Below are positions 10,929 through 21,437 of a DNA stretch of 64,000 nt, in pieces. The first letter of the stretch is position 1. Every line of letters begins with the position of its first letter. Source of the DNA: a virus (Duplodnaviria > Caudoviricetes); the IMG/VR virus record IMGVR_UViG_3300025099_000016, positions 1 to 64,000 of that record. The stretch is one strand, 5' to 3'. Made by a program: the position numbers and the translations under genes. Below the pieces are notes generated by a model. That model did not search any database. It was not told the DNA's origin and saw only the letters and a list, made by a program, of their open reading frames with translations.

Positions 10929-10950
10929 AATATTTTAATTTAAAAATTAA

Positions 10951-12144
10951 TTATTTTCTTTTCCTAATTTTGAATTTGAAATCATTTGAATCATCACCTA
11001 GTATTCTAACTTTCATCCCACTAGTTTGCTCACCTCCGTGAGTACCCCTTGGATTCACATCGATGTTCTTACCTTTAGCTACAGTATCTTTAATCGCATC
11101 AGCTTTACCTTGCTCGTAAAAATGTTGAGCTATAGCGTCAGCGTTCATTGCCGTAAATAAAGACTTGTGATAACCCTTAGTGTCCGTGACTTGACCGTTT
11201 TTATCTAGGTACTTCCCGATAAAATTATCTAGTTTACTTTGGGTCTGTTTAACATCTTGAGTGTTTTTAACATTAAACCTGTACTTCTTATCTCCGACAT
11301 TATATTCAAAACCTTTGAACTTGTCATTAAATAGATTATCAGTTTTATGTAAAAAATCTTTCGTGTTAGTCTCTGTGATCTTTCTAGTTCTCTCAGATTC
11401 CTTATTGTAACGATTGAAGAAATCAATTGCTTTCTGCTGCTCACCAGTGAGTTTACTTCCAGCTTTAATATCTTCGTAATATCTAGACTTTTGCCCGTCT
11501 AAGTAGGCTTTCGCTTCTGCAACTTGCTCTTTTAAAGCGATTTTCTTTGATCTTATTATACGCTCATCATCCATGTCTTCATCAAAACCGAACTTGTCTT
11601 CTAGTAAGAAATTTCGTTCGGCTGCGGTTAAATGAGATTTAGTAGCACGATAGTATTCGTCTAAAACTTCAGAGTCATCCAGCTCAGCCAGATCTCTATT
11701 TAATCTAACGTAATCATTTATATCCCCACCAGTCTCATCCATGAAGTCAACTAATTTCTGGATGTTCTCTGGTAGAGGTTTACCAGTTGTTTCAGATTCT
11801 GTTATAGCCTCAGCGACTTGTTCCTCTACTGCTTCGACCTCACCGTCTGTTAACTCCTCATTAGTTACTTCCTCTAATACTGGTAGTTCCTCTTCTTGTA
11901 CTTCTCCTTGCGGCTGTACCTCTTCTTGTTCTTCTGTGGATCCGGTGTCTTCATCGCGTCCCACCACTCCTGCTGTGTCAGCTTCTGTTTCTGTAGTTTC
12001 ATTAGTCTCTTGGGTTGGGGGTTTACTTAAATCTACTTTAATAACGCTATCATCTCCAGCGCTTTGGAATTTGGATTCGTTAATAGTATTATCAACGGGT
12101 TGATCTACAGTCTCTTCAACTGCGTCTTTCGTTTCTTCTGTCAT
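10951..12144 (-). CDS. Capsid scaffolding protein
   Basis: 397 aa with a very acidic N-terminal half, between portal and capsid genes. Confidence 0.7.
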   Translation of the reverse strand: MTEETKDAVEETVDQPVDNTINESKFQSAGDDSVIKVDLSKPPTQETNETTETEADTAGVVGRDEDTGSTEEQEEVQPQGEVQEEELPVLEEVTNEELTDGEVEAVEEQVAEAITESETTGKPLPENIQKLVDFMDETGGDINDYVRLNRDLAELDDSEVLDEYYRATKSHLTAAERNFLLEDKFGFDEDMDDERIIRSKKIALKEQVAEAKAYLDGQKSRYYEDIKAGSKLTGEQQKAIDFFNRYNKESERTRKITETNTKDFLHKTDNLFNDKFKGFEYNVGDKKYRFNVKNTQDVKQTQSKLDNFIGKYLDKNGQVTDTKGYHKSLFTAMNADAIAQHFYEQGKADAIKDTVAKGKNIDVNPRGTHGGEQTSGMKVRILGDDSNDFKFKIRKRK

Positions 12145-12165
12145 AATAAAATATTATATAATTAA

Positions 12166-14547
12166 TTATCTTGGGTCAAAGCTCTCTAAACCAAGACCTC
12201 CACCTATTACATCATTACCTGATGATTCAAACTTTTTAAGTGATTCGCCCTTGTTTTTTACTTCACCCTTTATTTTCTCACGCTTATCTAATCTATCTTC
12301 TTTAACTTTATCTCTAAGCGCAATGTTATTATTCTCTATACCACCAAGTTTCATGTTTATAAACATCTCGTGGTTCATAAGTTCTTTCTTAACCTCAGCT
12401 TCCCTATTTAGATACTGCATTTTCAAATCACTCTTCTGCTGCTCGAGTTGCATATCTATCTGAGCTTTAGCTTGATTTTTTTGCATTTCAGCTTGAGCGG
12501 CTGCTTGTTGAGCTTCTTGATTAGCTTTAGACTGAGCTTGAATGTTTTGCTCTTGTAGCTTTTGATCTCTCTCCTGCTTCTTTCTTCTTTTAATTTTTAG
12601 AAGTTGATTAGCTAGTTTTATATTTCTTATGTCTCTCAAGTCTATAGCATCGTCCAGCTCTATTAAACCTTGAGATAAAGCTTGTTGTATATTATTCTCA
12701 AGCATTTGTTTTTCTTCTTCATCAGGCATTAACTCTATAAATATACCAAAATCATAAAGATGTAACTCTGACATCTCCTCCAGTGTTGCTACATTATGGG
12801 CGCCTATAGATTGAATGAAAGCTTCTCTAGTTGGTGAGTATTCTATGATGTCAGATATTCTGAGCGATAAAGCTTCAGCGCTTTCTGATGCTAGCAGTAA
12901 CATTGACTGTAACACATGCCTAGTAGCTGTGTTAGAATTAGCTGCAGCCAACTTCTGTATACCAACCAAAGAATTCTTATCTGGAGTGGAAGCGTCTCTT
13001 GCTTCGTTCAAACCTGTCACGTCACGTATCATCTGTAGATAGTAATTATAAGTCTGTATTAGCGCTTGAAGTTTATTACCACCAGCGCCATTCTGAATTT
13101 GCTGAATAGGTATCTTACCAGGATTCTGATCTCCCTCAGAGGTAAATGATCTACCAATAACCGAACCTGTTTGGAAGAACATATTTAAAGCTTCTTGCGG
13201 ATTGTAGTTAGTACCGTTACCAAGGTCTATCTCAGCTAAACCATCAGCGTCTAAGTAAACACCATCAGGTACCATGCGAGACATGACTTGCTGCAACTTC
13301 AAGTGAGTTAACTGTATCATATCAGCGAACCCAGTTATTCTACTAACAACAGATTCGATTTTACCATTGTACATTCTAGGCGCAACAATACTATAGTTCA
13401 TTTTTACTTTGTCAAAATTAGATTTAGATCGCAACATATTCTTAGCCATCTCCCATTTCAACAACCTGTCTGTACCAAGTATTAAAACTCCTTCGTATAA
13501 ACACTCCATAACTCTTTCGAGTTTAGAAAAGTTACCCTCCATATCAGATGGTGGATTAAAAGTATCATCTTTCTCTATAACTTTCTCAGCACCGGTACCC
13601 ATCTCCTTTAGCTTATAAGTGTTATTTTTATGGGTTTTGTAGTTAAAGTAAAGTACATCTACTTTATTCTTATCTCTATTACTGTTGTTATTATAACTTT
13701 TTATAGAGCTTCTAGGTCCTTCAACTATGTCTTTAATATCTTCTTCCGTGAGCTCAGGGAATTGTTTAACTAACTCGTTTATTGGAACTTCCTTGACTTC
13801 ACCAACATAATATATATCATCGAAGTAAGGGGATTCAGTATAAGAGTAAACTAAATTAGCTGGGTCAACGTATTCAATCTTAGCTCCATCACTCCAATCA
13901 AACGTAGTTTTAACCGCTCCTATGCCGATGGTAGTTAAATCATATAAGCACCTTCTTTTTGTAAGATCAAATTTACTACCATCCATCAATATGTTTATAG
14001 CTTGCTCTTCCGCTAATTCAACAGCTTGCTTATAGTCTAATTGCATATGAAGTGTTAACTCCTCTTCAGTATCGGGTAGTTTTTCTACGTCATTCTCGTA
14101 CAGATCTATATTTAATCCAGCTTTTACCGTGTCGTTAAATTGCTTAGCTCTTATATCTTTTAATATAGACTCCATATACTCGGTTCTTTTACTAACACCG
14201 TAAGGGTCTTGTGAGTACGCTTTTACATCATACGACCTTTGAGCCATACCATTAACAACTATATCAACAAACTTAGGTACGATAGGTACTGGCTTCCAAT
14301 CTAAGTTCAAATAACTTAAGTCACCATTTATAGATAACTCGTCTTTGTATTTTTGTATAGGCTGCTCTCCTCTAGCATACAACCTGAGCTTGTGAAAACT
14401 GTTTTTAGTGTTAAGGTATTTGCTATTAGTACTGTTGAACCACTCATGCTCGATAGCTCTACCAATCTTCAACCCATACTCGTAGGTCATTTTTTCTAAA
14501 TCACTTACCGCTTGTGAAGGGAAGTTACTTATCGCAGACTCTGCCAT
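12166..14547 (-). CDS. Portal protein
   Basis: 793 aa directly after the terminase; LNLDWKPVPIVPKFVDIVVNG motif and a Q-rich coiled-coil C-terminus. Confidence 0.85.
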   Translation of the reverse strand: MAESAISNFPSQAVSDLEKMTYEYGLKIGRAIEHEWFNSTNSKYLNTKNSFHKLRLYARGEQPIQKYKDELSINGDLSYLNLDWKPVPIVPKFVDIVVNGMAQRSYDVKAYSQDPYGVSKRTEYMESILKDIRAKQFNDTVKAGLNIDLYENDVEKLPDTEEELTLHMQLDYKQAVELAEEQAINILMDGSKFDLTKRRCLYDLTTIGIGAVKTTFDWSDGAKIEYVDPANLVYSYTESPYFDDIYYVGEVKEVPINELVKQFPELTEEDIKDIVEGPRSSIKSYNNNSNRDKNKVDVLYFNYKTHKNNTYKLKEMGTGAEKVIEKDDTFNPPSDMEGNFSKLERVMECLYEGVLILGTDRLLKWEMAKNMLRSKSNFDKVKMNYSIVAPRMYNGKIESVVSRITGFADMIQLTHLKLQQVMSRMVPDGVYLDADGLAEIDLGNGTNYNPQEALNMFFQTGSVIGRSFTSEGDQNPGKIPIQQIQNGAGGNKLQALIQTYNYYLQMIRDVTGLNEARDASTPDKNSLVGIQKLAAANSNTATRHVLQSMLLLASESAEALSLRISDIIEYSPTREAFIQSIGAHNVATLEEMSELHLYDFGIFIELMPDEEEKQMLENNIQQALSQGLIELDDAIDLRDIRNIKLANQLLKIKRRKKQERDQKLQEQNIQAQSKANQEAQQAAAQAEMQKNQAKAQIDMQLEQQKSDLKMQYLNREAEVKKELMNHEMFINMKLGGIENNNIALRDKVKEDRLDKREKIKGEVKNKGESLKKFESSGNDVIGGGLGLESFDPR

Positions 14548-14550
14548 AGT

Positions 14551-16779
14551 TTACTTTTTTATTATTGTTGAATTAAAACCTGTATTTTTATATTTGGATA
14601 TTGTGAGGTTGATAGGTTCTTTTTTATAATCTGGGTTTGGTTTATACATATGTCTATTACAAGCCATTATTGCTAATCCACTACTAATGGAAGCATCATA
14701 CTTTGTTCTTTTAGTTATATCAAATCTACTCCAATCACTTAACGTTTCGTTGAAATACATAGTACCATAGGTACCATCCTGCAAATGACCTATGTGATCG
14801 TTAATATACATTTCAATAGCCGCAGCGTGAGCTTGTTTTATGTCCTCACTAGAGTTCGGTATGCCACCAACTTCTTTTTCTGCAACAGATAATTTATTCC
14901 ATACTTTATCAGGTCTGTTCATACTAAAACCTCTATATCCTCTACGCCTTAAATAGTACAATAGACGAGGTTTATTATTCTCTGCGAGTATTGGCATCCC
15001 GTAAAATACTAAAGCCATTAGAACGTCTTCAAAAAATATTTCAGCAGTTTGTGGTCTAGCTACGTATTCTAAGAAAAACGTATTAGCTGGTGCATCTTCC
15101 ATGCTAAACTTAGTTAACCCATGTAAAGCTCCTTTGGAACCCTTACCGTCTACAGTACCACTAATATCGTAACTATCACACCCAAAAGCACCCATATGTT
15201 CGTTACCTGGATATTTAATACCGTTCTTTAGTATTACATTGTTTTGCATCCTACCAGTAGGGACCCAACTAACTTTAAATCTACCATTGGGATCTGGATT
15301 GAAGCTCACTCTTGTATCTTTAACGCCGTTTTCCCATTGAAAATTTCCAGTAGTTAAAACTGAGGAATTTCTATTACCCTCATTATAATCTATTTGCTCA
15401 TAAATTTTAACGAGGTTGAATAATGAGTTTTTAGTCTCATCCCTAAACGCATGCTCTTCTGTTCTAGGAAATTGTCTATAAAACTCATTTAAAGCGTCTT
15501 GATCTCCTTTTAATCCATCAACTTCGTTTTCCCAATAGTCAACTACACCTATATCTATTAGTTCACCGTGAGGCCCGGACCTACCATTACTTGGTGTATC
15601 AAATACTGGAATTCCGTACTCATCAATAAATCCTTCATAGTTCCACTCCATTGGTATAAACAGAGAATATAAACCAGACTTTGTCTGTCCATTTCTATTT
15701 CTTCTATTGACATCTGAATCATTATACAATTTTTTAAAGTTATCACCACCCTTATCTAAAGCATTCGATGTTGACCCCATCATACATTTACCTACTATTC
15801 TACCACCTAACCTTAGACAAGTTTTTGTTACTCGCCAATTGTTTAGTATATTGTCAGGTCTTTCCCATTTACCACTTTCATCATGCACTAGTAACGCTAA
15901 CTTCTCACCATCATAACTGTTGTCACCGGTATTCTTCCAGTCAATAGTAGTGTCAAGACCTTGCATGTCATCCTGCTCTTCATGCACACCCATCTTTCTA
16001 CGGGTGAATTTTTTAGCTGGTACACGGTAAGCTAGCTCTGACTTTGGGCGATCCATACCATCTTGTATAGGCTTAAAGAAAAACGGATAGTTAATACTTA
16101 TAGGTACTATCTTATCCGTAAACATTTTCTTAGCATCGGCCCCACTTTTAGATAACACTCCAAATCTACTATCACCTGCAAGAGTGGCTAAGTTAACGGT
16201 TTCAGCTGAACTCATAAATGAAAAACCAGAACGTCTATTCTTTAAATAACACATCCCATAACATCTCTGATCAGCTTTACACGCTTCCCAAAATATAAAA
16301 AACAATCTATTTGCTTCTCTAAAATCTGGAGCACCAACATCAATCTTACTCCATTGCAGATACATATAGTAACTACCAGGTATGTAAGTTGGTACACCGT
16401 TATTCATAAACCAAAACCCATTCTCTCTCCTATCAAATTCTTGATCTATATATCCATAATGTGTTTCTTTAAACTCTTTAGGATAATCCGCCCAGTCAAA
16501 TCTTGTTTTGATTTTCTTGAACACCTCAGGAATGTCGAACTTCCTCCACTTCTGTTCAGACTTCTTATTAGAACAACTAAATACATCCTTAGGTGCTTTA
16601 GGTAAAGCTATCTTTAAACCTTGTATGTCTAGTACCTCACCTATTTGTCCAGACTTAGATATAACAACCACGTCCCCTTCCTTATCGTAACCATACTTCC
16701 ATTTCTTACCTTTGTTAAGTCTATTAACAGTAGTTAGCTTTAGTGGTTCAATTGTTTTATATAGAGATTGTTCGTACAT
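14551..16779 (-). CDS. terL: Terminase large subunit
   Basis: Walker A-like LKNRRSGFS, Walker B LLVHDESGK, coupling motif MGST, and RNase H-like nuclease motifs FGCDSYD and YDASISSGLA. Confidence 0.92.
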   Translation of the reverse strand: MYEQSLYKTIEPLKLTTVNRLNKGKKWKYGYDKEGDVVVISKSGQIGEVLDIQGLKIALPKAPKDVFSCSNKKSEQKWRKFDIPEVFKKIKTRFDWADYPKEFKETHYGYIDQEFDRRENGFWFMNNGVPTYIPGSYYMYLQWSKIDVGAPDFREANRLFFIFWEACKADQRCYGMCYLKNRRSGFSFMSSAETVNLATLAGDSRFGVLSKSGADAKKMFTDKIVPISINYPFFFKPIQDGMDRPKSELAYRVPAKKFTRRKMGVHEEQDDMQGLDTTIDWKNTGDNSYDGEKLALLVHDESGKWERPDNILNNWRVTKTCLRLGGRIVGKCMMGSTSNALDKGGDNFKKLYNDSDVNRRNRNGQTKSGLYSLFIPMEWNYEGFIDEYGIPVFDTPSNGRSGPHGELIDIGVVDYWENEVDGLKGDQDALNEFYRQFPRTEEHAFRDETKNSLFNLVKIYEQIDYNEGNRNSSVLTTGNFQWENGVKDTRVSFNPDPNGRFKVSWVPTGRMQNNVILKNGIKYPGNEHMGAFGCDSYDISGTVDGKGSKGALHGLTKFSMEDAPANTFFLEYVARPQTAEIFFEDVLMALVFYGMPILAENNKPRLLYYLRRRGYRGFSMNRPDKVWNKLSVAEKEVGGIPNSSEDIKQAHAAAIEMYINDHIGHLQDGTYGTMYFNETLSDWSRFDITKRTKYDASISSGLAIMACNRHMYKPNPDYKKEPINLTISKYKNTGFNSTIIKK

Positions 16780-17060
16780 TATTTACTTCTTCCTTCAGCG
16801 AAACCTTGGAATTTAGGTTTGCTATCTTTAGGTTTATCTAAATCATTTAATATCCTCTCCTCATCTTCGATCCTAGTGAGTATTTCAAAAGCATCGAATA
16901 TAGCTAGCTTCTTAGTGGCCGCTGCATTCTTCAGCCTATCTGCAGATATGTCATCGTCAGAATCTACTATAGGTTCTTCAGCTACTTTAATTAGCTCTTC
17001 CACTGCTTTCCGCCCAGCTTGGATTATATTCTTCTTCGTCTCCTTCGTGTTCATATTCAA
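16779..17060 (-). CDS. Putative terminase small subunit
   Basis: 93-aa helical protein directly upstream of terL; call is from synteny only. Confidence 0.5.
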   Translation of the reverse strand: MNMNTKETKKNIIQAGRKAVEELIKVAEEPIVDSDDDISADRLKNAAATKKLAIFDAFEILTRIEDEERILNDLDKPKDSKPKFQGFAEGRSK

Positions 17061-17589
17061 TTGTAATAAAATTATTCATAATTCTATACAGTCTCTCGCC
17101 ATCTATAATAAACTCATATTCACTGTTAGGCTTGAATCCTACCAACTGTGTAGGTAGAAACTCACCATCAGAGTATTTAACTATACCGATTAAAGGTCTT
17201 TCTGTTTCTACAGAAAAGTTGTCTGTATTTTTTAAAGGCTTAACGAAAGTATAACCATTAACACATTCCCAGCTCATAGTTTTATACATGTATATCTGAT
17301 CAGGGCTAGCAAGGTACTCATCCTCTTTTAAAAAACCTCTACTATTCTTCTCTCGCCCCTTAACGTCGTGCCATCTTCTAAATATATTATGGTGTACTAC
17401 AACTTCTTGACCTTTCTGTAGGTTATGTACATTGTCAATAGGAGTAGAGATAACAATAGCTTTACGATTAATATATCCATGATTAAATATCTCTGTATTT
17501 AATATTAAGCTTTTGCCATCATCTACACTTACTGAATTGTTATATCTACCACCTAAAGGTTTTACTACATAATCATATAGAGGATTCAT
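16987..17589 (-). CDS. Tandem GroES-like (double Cpn10-fold) protein
   Basis: Two GroES-like repeats: YDYVVKPL...VISTP...KGQEVVVHHN and GYTFVKPL...GIVKYS...EFIIDGERLYRI. Confidence 0.55.
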   Translation of the reverse strand: MNPLYDYVVKPLGGRYNNSVSVDDGKSLILNTEIFNHGYINRKAIVISTPIDNVHNLQKGQEVVVHHNIFRRWHDVKGREKNSRGFLKEDEYLASPDQIYMYKTMSWECVNGYTFVKPLKNTDNFSVETERPLIGIVKYSDGEFLPTQLVGFKPNSEYEFIIDGERLYRIMNNFITIEYEHEGDEEEYNPSWAESSGRAN

Positions 17590-17813
17590 TAGTAGTTTAA
17601 ATCATATTCAACCGATATAGCCATGTTCTTATTGAAATCCTTCCAAGGAATAACAATGTCTTTCTTCCTGATATAAATAGAGTACTTTTCTTCTTCCTCT
17701 AGTATATCACATATCGTATGACCACCGTAAACATCTTGACCAACAGAGTAATGCATTGCATCGTTCTTGTAATCTTTACCTACGGTGATTTTTCTAATCA
17801 CGTGACTTTCCAT
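17589..17813 (-). CDS. Hypothetical protein
   Basis: Likely start MESHVIRKITVGKDYK at 17813 within the track ORF. Confidence 0.65.
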   Translation of the reverse strand: MESHVIRKITVGKDYKNDAMHYSVGQDVYGGHTICDILEEEEKYSIYIRKKDIVIPWKDFNKNMAISVEYDLNY

Positions 17814-18081
17814 CTTCCGCTGGATAGTTAATAGTACCATCGTCTAGATTGACGTCAAAAGTACCGTACGATTCATTAAGATCGTTCTGAATTTTAATAA
17901 CCTGACCTTGCAGTTGAGAATGTTGGTGAAGCATCTCATGTTTTTGAGATTCTAATTGACCTATTCTAAACTGTGTAGCGTTTATTCTATTGACTACTTC
18001 TTGTAATGTTTTTAACTCTTCTTCAGTTACTTTTTCTGCTTTAGGCTTTAAGTCTATGACTTTTTCTCTCGTTGCTTCCAT
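17794..18081 (-). CDS. Hypothetical coiled-coil protein
   Basis: 95-aa ORF in the operon. Confidence 0.65.
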   Translation of the reverse strand: MEATREKVIDLKPKAEKVTEEELKTLQEVVNRINATQFRIGQLESQKHEMLHQHSQLQGQVIKIQNDLNESYGTFDVNLDDGTINYPAEDGKSRD

Positions 18082-18094
18082 AATAAAATTTAAT

Positions 18095-18487
18095 TTACTT
18101 TTTTGTTTTTTCTAGTGAACGTCCTCCGAAGTAGGCTCCTATCACTGTGATTAATACTAATTGTAACAGATCAGTCCACTTTGCTTCCACATTAAAAGCT
18201 ATAGCTCCAGCATCAATGAATATCATTAACACTGTCGATACAACTAGAAACATAAGAACTAGTGGTCTAACATTCTTTGATAACCAAGAATCAGACTTCA
18301 TATCAGCCTCCCATCTATTGGTTACTTGCTTTTGTAATTCTAACTCGTGGTTAGATATTAATTCTTTTATCTTCTGCTCAGCGGCTAGCTTTTCTTCCTT
18401 AGTTGTAGTCAAGTTGTCTAAAACCCCACCAACATCTTTTATAAGTTTACCAGCTCCGCTTGAAAATACTTTTTGTAATATACCCAT
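18095..18487 (-). CDS. Holin-like membrane protein (3TM holin family)
   Basis: Motif DMKSDSWLSKNVRP, two hydrophobic segments and GAYFGGRSLEK end. Confidence 0.7.
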   Translation of the reverse strand: MGILQKVFSSGAGKLIKDVGGVLDNLTTTKEEKLAAEQKIKELISNHELELQKQVTNRWEADMKSDSWLSKNVRPLVLMFLVVSTVLMIFIDAGAIAFNVEAKWTDLLQLVLITVIGAYFGGRSLEKTKK

Positions 18488-18819
18488 TACTCTTTGCTTT
18501 TAGCCTTCTTCTCCCAAGGTAATTTATTACTACCCTCTACACACCATTTCCCATTGTACTTTATTTTACCATTTTTTCTAAGGTATTTCTTACCTTGCCA
18601 TAAAACATGGTTGTCAGTGTAAGACAATTTACCGCTATCCATATCCTTCACGTGTTGCTTCTCATGCCTAACCACTTTTTTATACATAGGTGAGTCTGGA
18701 TCTAAAGACTTATCGATGTCTATAGTGCCATCTTTATTAGCCCTTCCTAATATACCATCTAGATCTTTCCTATGTATGGGGGTTTTCTTAAATGGATTTC
18801 TACCTTGTTTATATGCCAT
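18487..18819 (-). CDS. Small basic protein with HExxH motif
   Basis: VVRHEKQHVKDM; zincin-like motif. Confidence 0.55.
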   Translation of the reverse strand: MAYKQGRNPFKKTPIHRKDLDGILGRANKDGTIDIDKSLDPDSPMYKKVVRHEKQHVKDMDSGKLSYTDNHVLWQGKKYLRKNGKIKYNGKWCVEGSNKLPWEKKAKSKE

Positions 18820-19259
18820 TATCTTTCTTTATCTTTAATCATATCGTCTATAGACTTGTTCATGACTTTATCTGTATATGATTTGTTTTTATAATAAGGG
18901 TTTTTTATTGATATAGGTATATCTTCTTCACCTAGCAAAATTCTATATATTCTACTAATCATATGATTACACTTAAACGATGTTTTGTAAACAGCATATT
19001 TCATTGTTGTGCGATTTCTCTCTCTCCACACGTCTATCCAACCGTCTCTCCTCAATCTCTCCCATCTATGTTTATCCCAAGAGTAAGAATACATACCGTT
19101 TATAAATTCGTCACGTGTAAACCTGTTTAGACAGTTTAAGTATATCAATAACTCTAGGTCAGCATCATTTATCTTATTAGCTTTACATATCCATTTCCTA
19201 ACTATCCTGTAATACTTGAATAGTTGTATCTGCTTTATGTCATCAGCTGTTATCCTCAT
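18819..19259 (-). CDS. Hypothetical protein, possibly winged-helix
   Basis: 146-aa ORF in the operon. Confidence 0.6.
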   Translation of the reverse strand: MRITADDIKQIQLFKYYRIVRKWICKANKINDADLELLIYLNCLNRFTRDEFINGMYSYSWDKHRWERLRRDGWIDVWRERNRTTMKYAVYKTSFKCNHMISRIYRILLGEEDIPISIKNPYYKNKSYTDKVMNKSIDDMIKDKER

Positions 19260-19512
19260 CTACTAAAACTACATCTCTTAATCTAATAACTCTATACATC
19301 ACACTATCATAATCTATATCGTGGCCAGCGTGCTTATCGTACATCACAACCGTATTGACTTTTATGATGTCCGCTAAGTTACCAACAGATACTACCCTAG
19401 CTTTCTTATACCTATTATCTGTATCTGTGTCGTCAGTAAGTAAAAGACCACCCGAAGTAGTCTTCTGCTCTTTTATTCTTTCTACAACTATATAATCATT
19501 AACTGCCTTCAT
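19243..19512 (-). CDS. groES: Co-chaperonin GroES
   Basis: KAVNDYIVVER...TTSGGLLL...ARVVSVG...VMYDKHAG; adjacent to groEL. Confidence 0.9.
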   Translation of the reverse strand: MKAVNDYIVVERIKEQKTTSGGLLLTDDTDTDNRYKKARVVSVGNLADIIKVNTVVMYDKHAGHDIDYDSVMYRVIRLRDVVLVDEDNS

Positions 19513-21064
19513 TTACTCTTACATTTGAGATTACACAATCAGCTGACATTATTGTGAGCGCTACACTAACGGCATTCTTCAATGCTGTTTTAGTTACTAA
19601 CACTGGATCTATAATACCTGCTTTAACCATATCTACAGGTAAACCGCTTACAACGTCGATACCTCTTCCTAAGTCTTGAGTGTTAATCATGTCTTCATAA
19701 CCAGCATTGGATAATATAGTTTCGTAAGGAGCTCGGCACGCTAGAAGAAGTACATCTCCGGCTTGTCCGGAGAGAATTTTTTCTGAAGCGTTTAATAACG
19801 CAACGCCTCCACCTGGTACTATACCTTCTTTCAGAGCGGCTTTAGTAGCATATATAGCATCCTCAACTCTATCTTTCTTTTCTTTAAGTTCAATTTTAGA
19901 GTCAGCACCAACTTTAACGACACCAACACTACCTGATAAAGTAGCTAACCTCTGCTCAAGCTTCTTCTTTAAAAAATCGTTACCCTCTTCAGCTATCATA
20001 GCCTTAACTTCTACTATCCTTTCTAATACATCGTTAGTAGTAGCGTCCATAGTTATTGTAGTATTTCTATCATCAGTAACAGCGAAATCAACTTCACCTA
20101 AATGTTCAGGTGTAATTAGATCTAAGTCATCTCCTAGCTCCTCGTTTATCACGGTAGAACCAGTCAGTATGGATAAATCCTCTATTGCATCCATTCGTGT
20201 AGGACCAAAACCTGGTGGATCGACGATGTTTACCTTGATATTACCCTTAACCTTATTCATCAATAACGCTGATTTGACTTGTTGAGCAACTGGTGCTACA
20301 ATAAGCAAAGCTCTACCTTGCTTTATAACATGTTCTAATACTCCTTGTATTTTACGTATGTTAGGTATTTCAGAAGAAACCGTTAACACATAAGGGTTAT
20401 CTAGCTCGCATATATGTTTCTCCGTATTAGTAATGAAATGTGGGGAGGTTAAACCACAATCTATCTGCGCTCCATCAACTACTTCTACGTAAGTATCTTC
20501 AGTAGGGCTTTCCTCCAGTAAAACTACACCGTGTTTGCCTACTTTCTCGTATGCTTCAGCGATAATTGCACCTAATTCCTCGTCATTGTTACAGGAAATA
20601 GCAGCGACAGATTTAAGCATATCTCCCTCCACTTCTATAGCTGTTGAATCTAGGTACTCAATAACCTCAGCAAGGCATTGATTAACTCCATCTTTAATTT
20701 CTCTGATTGAAACGCCTGCAGCGACGGCAAAACGTATAGAATTTATAAGAGCTTCCACTAAAACTGTAGCGGTGGTTGTTCCATCACCAGCTTCTTTTAC
20801 AGTATTACGAGCAGCTTCTTTAACTAGGGTTGCACCCATGTTCTCGACCGGATCAAATAAGACTACGCTTTCCGCAACGGTTACACCATCTTTTGTTATG
20901 ACCGGTTTGCCTCGTCCATCTTCGTAAATAACGCACTTTCCCGATGCGCCTAATGTGGACTTAACGGCTCGTGCTAGCTTATTAACGCCAGCAATTACTC
21001 TATTCTCAGCTTCCTCGCCAAAGTTTAGATCTTTGACCAGTTCACTGGGTAAATTGTACTCCAT
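19499..21064 (-). CDS. groEL: Chaperonin GroEL
   Basis: ITKDGVTVA, AGDGTTTATVL, GIVPGGGVAL and GIIDPVLVTKTAL motifs; no C-terminal GGM tail. Confidence 0.97.
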   Translation of the reverse strand: MEYNLPSELVKDLNFGEEAENRVIAGVNKLARAVKSTLGASGKCVIYEDGRGKPVITKDGVTVAESVVLFDPVENMGATLVKEAARNTVKEAGDGTTTATVLVEALINSIRFAVAAGVSIREIKDGVNQCLAEVIEYLDSTAIEVEGDMLKSVAAISCNNDEELGAIIAEAYEKVGKHGVVLLEESPTEDTYVEVVDGAQIDCGLTSPHFITNTEKHICELDNPYVLTVSSEIPNIRKIQGVLEHVIKQGRALLIVAPVAQQVKSALLMNKVKGNIKVNIVDPPGFGPTRMDAIEDLSILTGSTVINEELGDDLDLITPEHLGEVDFAVTDDRNTTITMDATTNDVLERIVEVKAMIAEEGNDFLKKKLEQRLATLSGSVGVVKVGADSKIELKEKKDRVEDAIYATKAALKEGIVPGGGVALLNASEKILSGQAGDVLLLACRAPYETILSNAGYEDMINTQDLGRGIDVVSGLPVDMVKAGIIDPVLVTKTALKNAVSVALTIMSADCVISNVRVNEGS

Positions 21065-21101
21065 AATGTATTGAATTGAATTTAATTAAATTGTATAATG
21101 C

Positions 21102-21401
21102 TTAAGAATCGAAGGTTTTTACTACTTTTGGTCCGTTAAGGAACTCCAGTTTTTTACCAAAATGTTCGACACTGCCATCGATAGCAGCCTCAGCTCCATC
21201 GAGAGTCTCTCTACGCGTGATGTCAACCCATTTCTCTGCGTCGTTTGGGTTGTTAACTTCTGTTTGGTAGTACCCATTTGGTAGTTGTGTTATTCTCCAG
21301 TTCTTTTTATCAGCTAAGTGCTTCCACTCTTTGATTTTATCGTCTGATACTTGAGGTTGTCCAGTATTTATGGTACTGGTTTTGTAGTAATAATAGGTCA
21401 T
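21102..21401 (-). CDS. Hypothetical protein
   Basis: 99-aa ORF in the operon. Confidence 0.65.
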   Translation of the reverse strand: MTYYYYKTSTINTGQPQVSDDKIKEWKHLADKKNWRITQLPNGYYQTEVNNPNDAEKWVDITRRETLDGAEAAIDGSVEHFGKKLEFLNGPKVVKTFDS

Positions 21402-21437
21402 TTGTTTGATTTTTGGTTTATAATTGATTTATTTGCG

